DNA of 36,302 nucleotides, from NCBI GenBank assembly GCA_943704415.1, contig CALSCO010000161.1, forward strand, positions 1-36,302. Reading direction: 5' to 3'. Source of the stretch: Parvularia atlantis (Eukaryota). The translations under genes were made by a program, and so were the position numbers. Under the pieces are notes generated by a model. It made no database searches and was not told the DNA's origin. It was given only the letters and a program-made list of their open reading frames with translations. Positions within the stretch are counted from its first letter, which is position 1. Each line of letters starts with the position of its first letter. Shown in pieces: positions 32,821-36,302 of the stretch.

Positions 32821-32904
32821 GCGTTCACGCTCGACAACTTCCGCGCGGCGCACAGCCACATCGAGTCGGGCGCGGTCATCGGCAAGCTCGTGCTGACCTT
32901 TTAG
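32821..32904 (+). pseudogene. Orphan C-terminal fragment of an MDR oxidoreductase paralogue
   Basis: AFTLDNFRAAHSHIESGAVIGKLVLTF* aligns with PFTVENLCEAHRLIQSGKTIGKYTLEF at the end of the 15806-17317 gene. Confidence 0.75.
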
Positions 32905-33098
32905 CGTCGATGGAGGGGGTGGCGGGCGATGAGTTAAGGCGCTGCCTGTCGTCGTCTGGCTCGCGCACGCGTGTCGGCCCAAAGAGTTATGGCGCTCGCT
33001 CGCGGGCATGCATGCCGTCTGATCAGCGATGAGACAAGAGTGCAAAACATGAGCGCACGACGCGCCGGACACTTCCGCGCCGGCTGACGACGAGAAGC

Positions 33099-34119
33099 AT
33101 GACGGACCGCTACTCGTTCTCGCTGACGACCTTCAGCCCCTCGGGGAAGCTGGTGCAGATCGAGTACGCGCTCAACGCCGTCGCGGGTGGCTCGACGTCG
33201 GTCGGGATCAAGGGTGCGCCGCGGCCGCGTCACGTGCGCGCAGTGCGGCGCTGAGGCGGGCCGCCGCAGCCAAGAACGGCGTGGTCATCGCGACCGAGAA
33301 GAAGTTGCAGTCGGCGCTGATCGACGACACGACGCTCGACAAGGTCGTCAACGTCACGCGTGGCATTGGCGTCGTCTACAGCGGTCTCGGGCCGGACTCG
33401 CGCGTGCTCGTGCGCAACCCTCGCCGCCGTCTGCCTTTGTGCGGCGTGCTGACGTGCGCCTCACGCCCGCGCGCCTTCAGGTGACCAAGGCGCGCAAGGC
33501 CGCGCAAAAGTACCGCGCCGTGTACAACGAGTACCCGCCCACGAAGATGCTCGTGGCCGAGGTAGCCAACGTGATGCAAGAGTTCACGCAGGTGCGCGCG
33601 TGGGGCGAGAGGCGTATCTTGCTGATCGCCGGCGCAGTCGGGTGGCGTGCGCCCCTTCGGCATCTCGCTCCTCGTGGCCGGCTACGACGACGAGGCACGT
33701 GACGTGACAGTGACGGCGGGCATGCGGCTGACGTGGCTGCGTGGCAGGGCCCCGCGCTGTTCCAGGTCGACCCGTCCGGGTCCTACTTTGGCTGGAAGGC
33801 CACGGCGATCGGGAAGAACATGGTTAACGCCAAGACGTTCCTGGAGAAGCGCTACACCGACGAGATGGAGCTTGACGACGCCGTGCACACGGCCATCCTC
33901 ACGCTCAAGGAGGGCTTTGAGGGTGCGCCGCGCCGTCTTGCTATGTCTCTTTTTTTTTGTTTGCGCCTGGGCTGACACGCGCCCGCGTGCGTCTGCCGCC
34001 CCTCAGGCCAGCTGTCTGATACCAACATCGAGATCGGCATCATCGGCGGCGACGACACCAAGACCTTCCGGAAATTGACGCCGGGCGAGGTCAAGGACTA
34101 CCTGGCCAACATCAGCTGA
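33099..34119 (+). CDS. PSMA2: 20S proteasome subunit alpha type 2, 5 introns
   Basis: [28 protein letters not shown]...[50 protein letters not shown]...[12 protein letters not shown]. Confidence 0.97.
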
Positions 34120-34209
34120 GCGGGCCGGGGCGGGCGGCCCCCAAGGGCGTGCGAGCGAGTGACTGTGTCATCGTGTTGTGCTGCCTACAGTGCGTACACG
34201 GCCGCGCGC

Positions 34210-35044
34210 TCACATCATCGCCGGCTGGCTCTGCTTTTTGCTCCTCATCTGCGCGCGCACGGACGCGAGCGTGCTCGCCATGCGGTTCGATGGCCCTTGC
34301 GACGGCTGTTGCGGCTGTTGCTGCGGCTGCGGCGGTGGCTGCTGCTGGTTGGGCCGCCTGGCGCTCCCTGGCGCCGCCGCGTCGCTGTCGTCGAGCGCGG
34401 GCGCGTCGGCGTCGGCGTTGGCGTCGGCCTCGGCGTGCTTGCGCTTGCCCGCCGAGCGGATCGTCTGCATCCTGCGCCTCGCCGTCAGCCAGGCGCGCCC
34501 GTGGCGGCGGACGCACTGCTGCGCCATCTCGCGGTCCGCGGCCGTCTGCTGCGCGGCCTCATCCTGGCGCGCGCGCTCCTGCTGCACGGCCTGTGCAGCC
34601 TTGGCGAGCTTCTGCGGTCACTCTCCTCGTCAGCACATGCCGCGGCGAGCGAGGGATGAGCGCGCGCACCTCGACCTCCGGGTTGAACGCGCGGAACGAG
34701 ATGCGCCCCATCGGCAGCTCGGCGATCTGCGCGTACGACGCGACGACCTCGACGTCGCCCGCGCTGTGATCCCACACGTGCGCACATCAGCATTGCCGTC
34801 CGCCACCCACAGCAGCCGCGTGCCTCGCCGCGCCCTCGAGCCCCGCGGGCACGGTCAGGACCCAGTGCGCCTCGTCCTCGATGCGCTGCTGCTCGGTCTG
34901 CAGCTGCTGCCGCAGCGCGTTCTCCTTGCCGCGCTGCATGAACTTCACACACACGATCGTGTGAGAGCGCAGCGCAGTGGGGAACAGCGCGTCGCGGCGC
35001 ACCTTCATCGAGAGCAGGCGCGACGACATCGAGGCCGCAGACAT
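34210..35044 (-). CDS. MPHOSPH6: M-phase phosphoprotein 6 (nuclear exosome cofactor)
   Basis: [13 protein letters not shown]...EAHWVL...[15 protein letters not shown]. Confidence 0.85.
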
Positions 35045-35200
35045 CCTCGCGGTCGCAGCCACGCGAAACCCAATGTGGCCGGCACTACCAGAAGCTTCCA
35101 GACGCGACTCGAAAACGCGCGCATTTCCAAACCGCCATCCGGCCGGCACCGCGCGCCGGGCCATCCGCCGCGCCCAGGGCGTGCCGGCGGCATGCGCGGC

Positions 35201-35250
35201 CGCGCGGATGCACGGGGATGCGCGCGGATGCACGGGGATGCGTGCGGATG
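35201..35250. repeat. 10-bp-period tandem repeat (5 x CRYGSGGATG) in the MPP6/Ran divergent intergenic region
   Basis: cgcgcggatg cacggggatg cgcgcggatg cacggggatg cgtgcggatg. Confidence 0.9.
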
Positions 35251-35412
35251 GGCGGCGGGTTGCATAACCGCCCCGCCGCCTCACTTTGCCTGCTCTGCCG
35301 CTGCCGCAATTCGCGTCGTGCCGCCGCCCGCCACGTCCCGCGCCGTGCACCGCGCCACGACTGACGACGGAGGCCCCGCACAGGAAGCACCCGCACCGAC
35401 CGCCTCACAGCA

Positions 35413-36272
35413 ATGCAGGCCGCTCCGACGCAGTTCAAGGTGCGCGAGACAGTGCCCGGGCTGCGCGGCAGTTGCGCGCTCACACACGTCGACGCGGCGC
35501 ACGCAGCTCGTCCTCGTCGGCGACGGCGGCACGGGCAAGACGACGTTCGTGAAGCGCCACATGACGGGCGAGTTCGAGAAGAAGTACATCGGTGCGGCGG
35601 CAGGTCCATCCCGCGCACGTCGAGGCTGACAGCGTCCGGCCGCGCGCGCGCCCGCCAGCGACCCTCGGCGTGGACGTGCACCCGCTCACGTTCCACACCA
35701 ACCGCGGCCCGATCCAGTTCAACACGTGGGACACGGCCGGCCAGGAGAAGTTTGGCGGGCTGCGCGACGGCTACTATATCAACGGCCAGTGCGCCATCAT
35801 CATGTTCGACGTGACGTCGCGCGTGACGTACCAGAGCGTGCCCAACTGGCACAAGGACCTGGTGCGCGTGTGCGACAACATCCCGATCGTGCTGTGCGGC
35901 AACAAGGTCGACGTGAAGGTGCGGTGTGCGGCATGCACGGCCAAACGGTGGCACCTGACGGGTGCGCCCGCGATCGCACGCGCGCGCCGTGCGCAGGAGC
36001 GGAAAGTCAAGGCCAAGACGATCACGTTCCACCGGAAGAAGAACCTGCAGTACTACGACATCTCGGCCAAGTCCAACTACAACTTTGAGAAGCCGTTCCT
36101 GTGGCTGGCGCGCAAGCTGATCGGCGACGCCAACCTCGAGTTTGTGGCCTCGCCCGCGCTCGCCCCGCCTGAGGTCGAGGTCGACCCGTCGCTCATGGCA
36201 CAGTACAAGAAGGACATGGAGGACGCGGCGCAGCAGCCGCTGCCGGACGACGACGACGAGGGCGACCTCTAG
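35413..36272 (+). CDS. RAN: Ran GTPase, 3 coding introns
   Basis: [29 protein letters not shown]...[17 protein letters not shown]...[19 protein letters not shown]...[10 protein letters not shown]. Confidence 0.98.
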
Positions 36273-36302
36273 AGCGCGCGCGCGCGCGTGCCCGTCCCCC
36301 CC

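Noticed and set aside
32920..33025. Possible box C/D snoRNA (CGATGA...CTGA)
   Set aside because: Imperfect C box, with no convincing terminal stem or recognisable rRNA guide

Overview
Gene-dense, GC-rich eukaryotic (protist-like) genomic DNA, not prokaryotic, so the ORF track mostly reflects exon fragments and GC-driven spurious ORFs. Manual splicing on short (mostly ~45-75 nt) introns with GTGCG donors, CTGAC/CTCAC branch sites and (C/A/T)AG acceptors gives about 20 genes. In order: a partial secreted WSC/DUF4114-like/EGF protein, a small membrane protein, an ABCC10-like transporter, a DH-PH RhoGEF, an ERG4/ERG24-family reductase, a zinc-finger protein, a bacterial-type MDR oxidoreductase, PBDC1, VPS37A, TBP, syntaxin-17, a KNS3/At5g58100-like protein, two paralogous Cys-rich putative GPI-anchored surface proteins, Gemin2, a SEC14-GOLD protein, an alpha/beta hydrolase, PSMA2, MPP6 and Ran. 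The most notable observations are an unrecognised Cys-rich surface-protein family with two intact genes and two decayed fragments, a PH domain nested inside the RhoGEF PH domain, three GC-AG introns sharing a GCACG donor, an orphan MDR C-terminal fragment, a duplicated intron, and tandem repeats or hairpins in bidirectional promoters. All gene models and homology calls are by eye and need database or RNA-seq confirmation.
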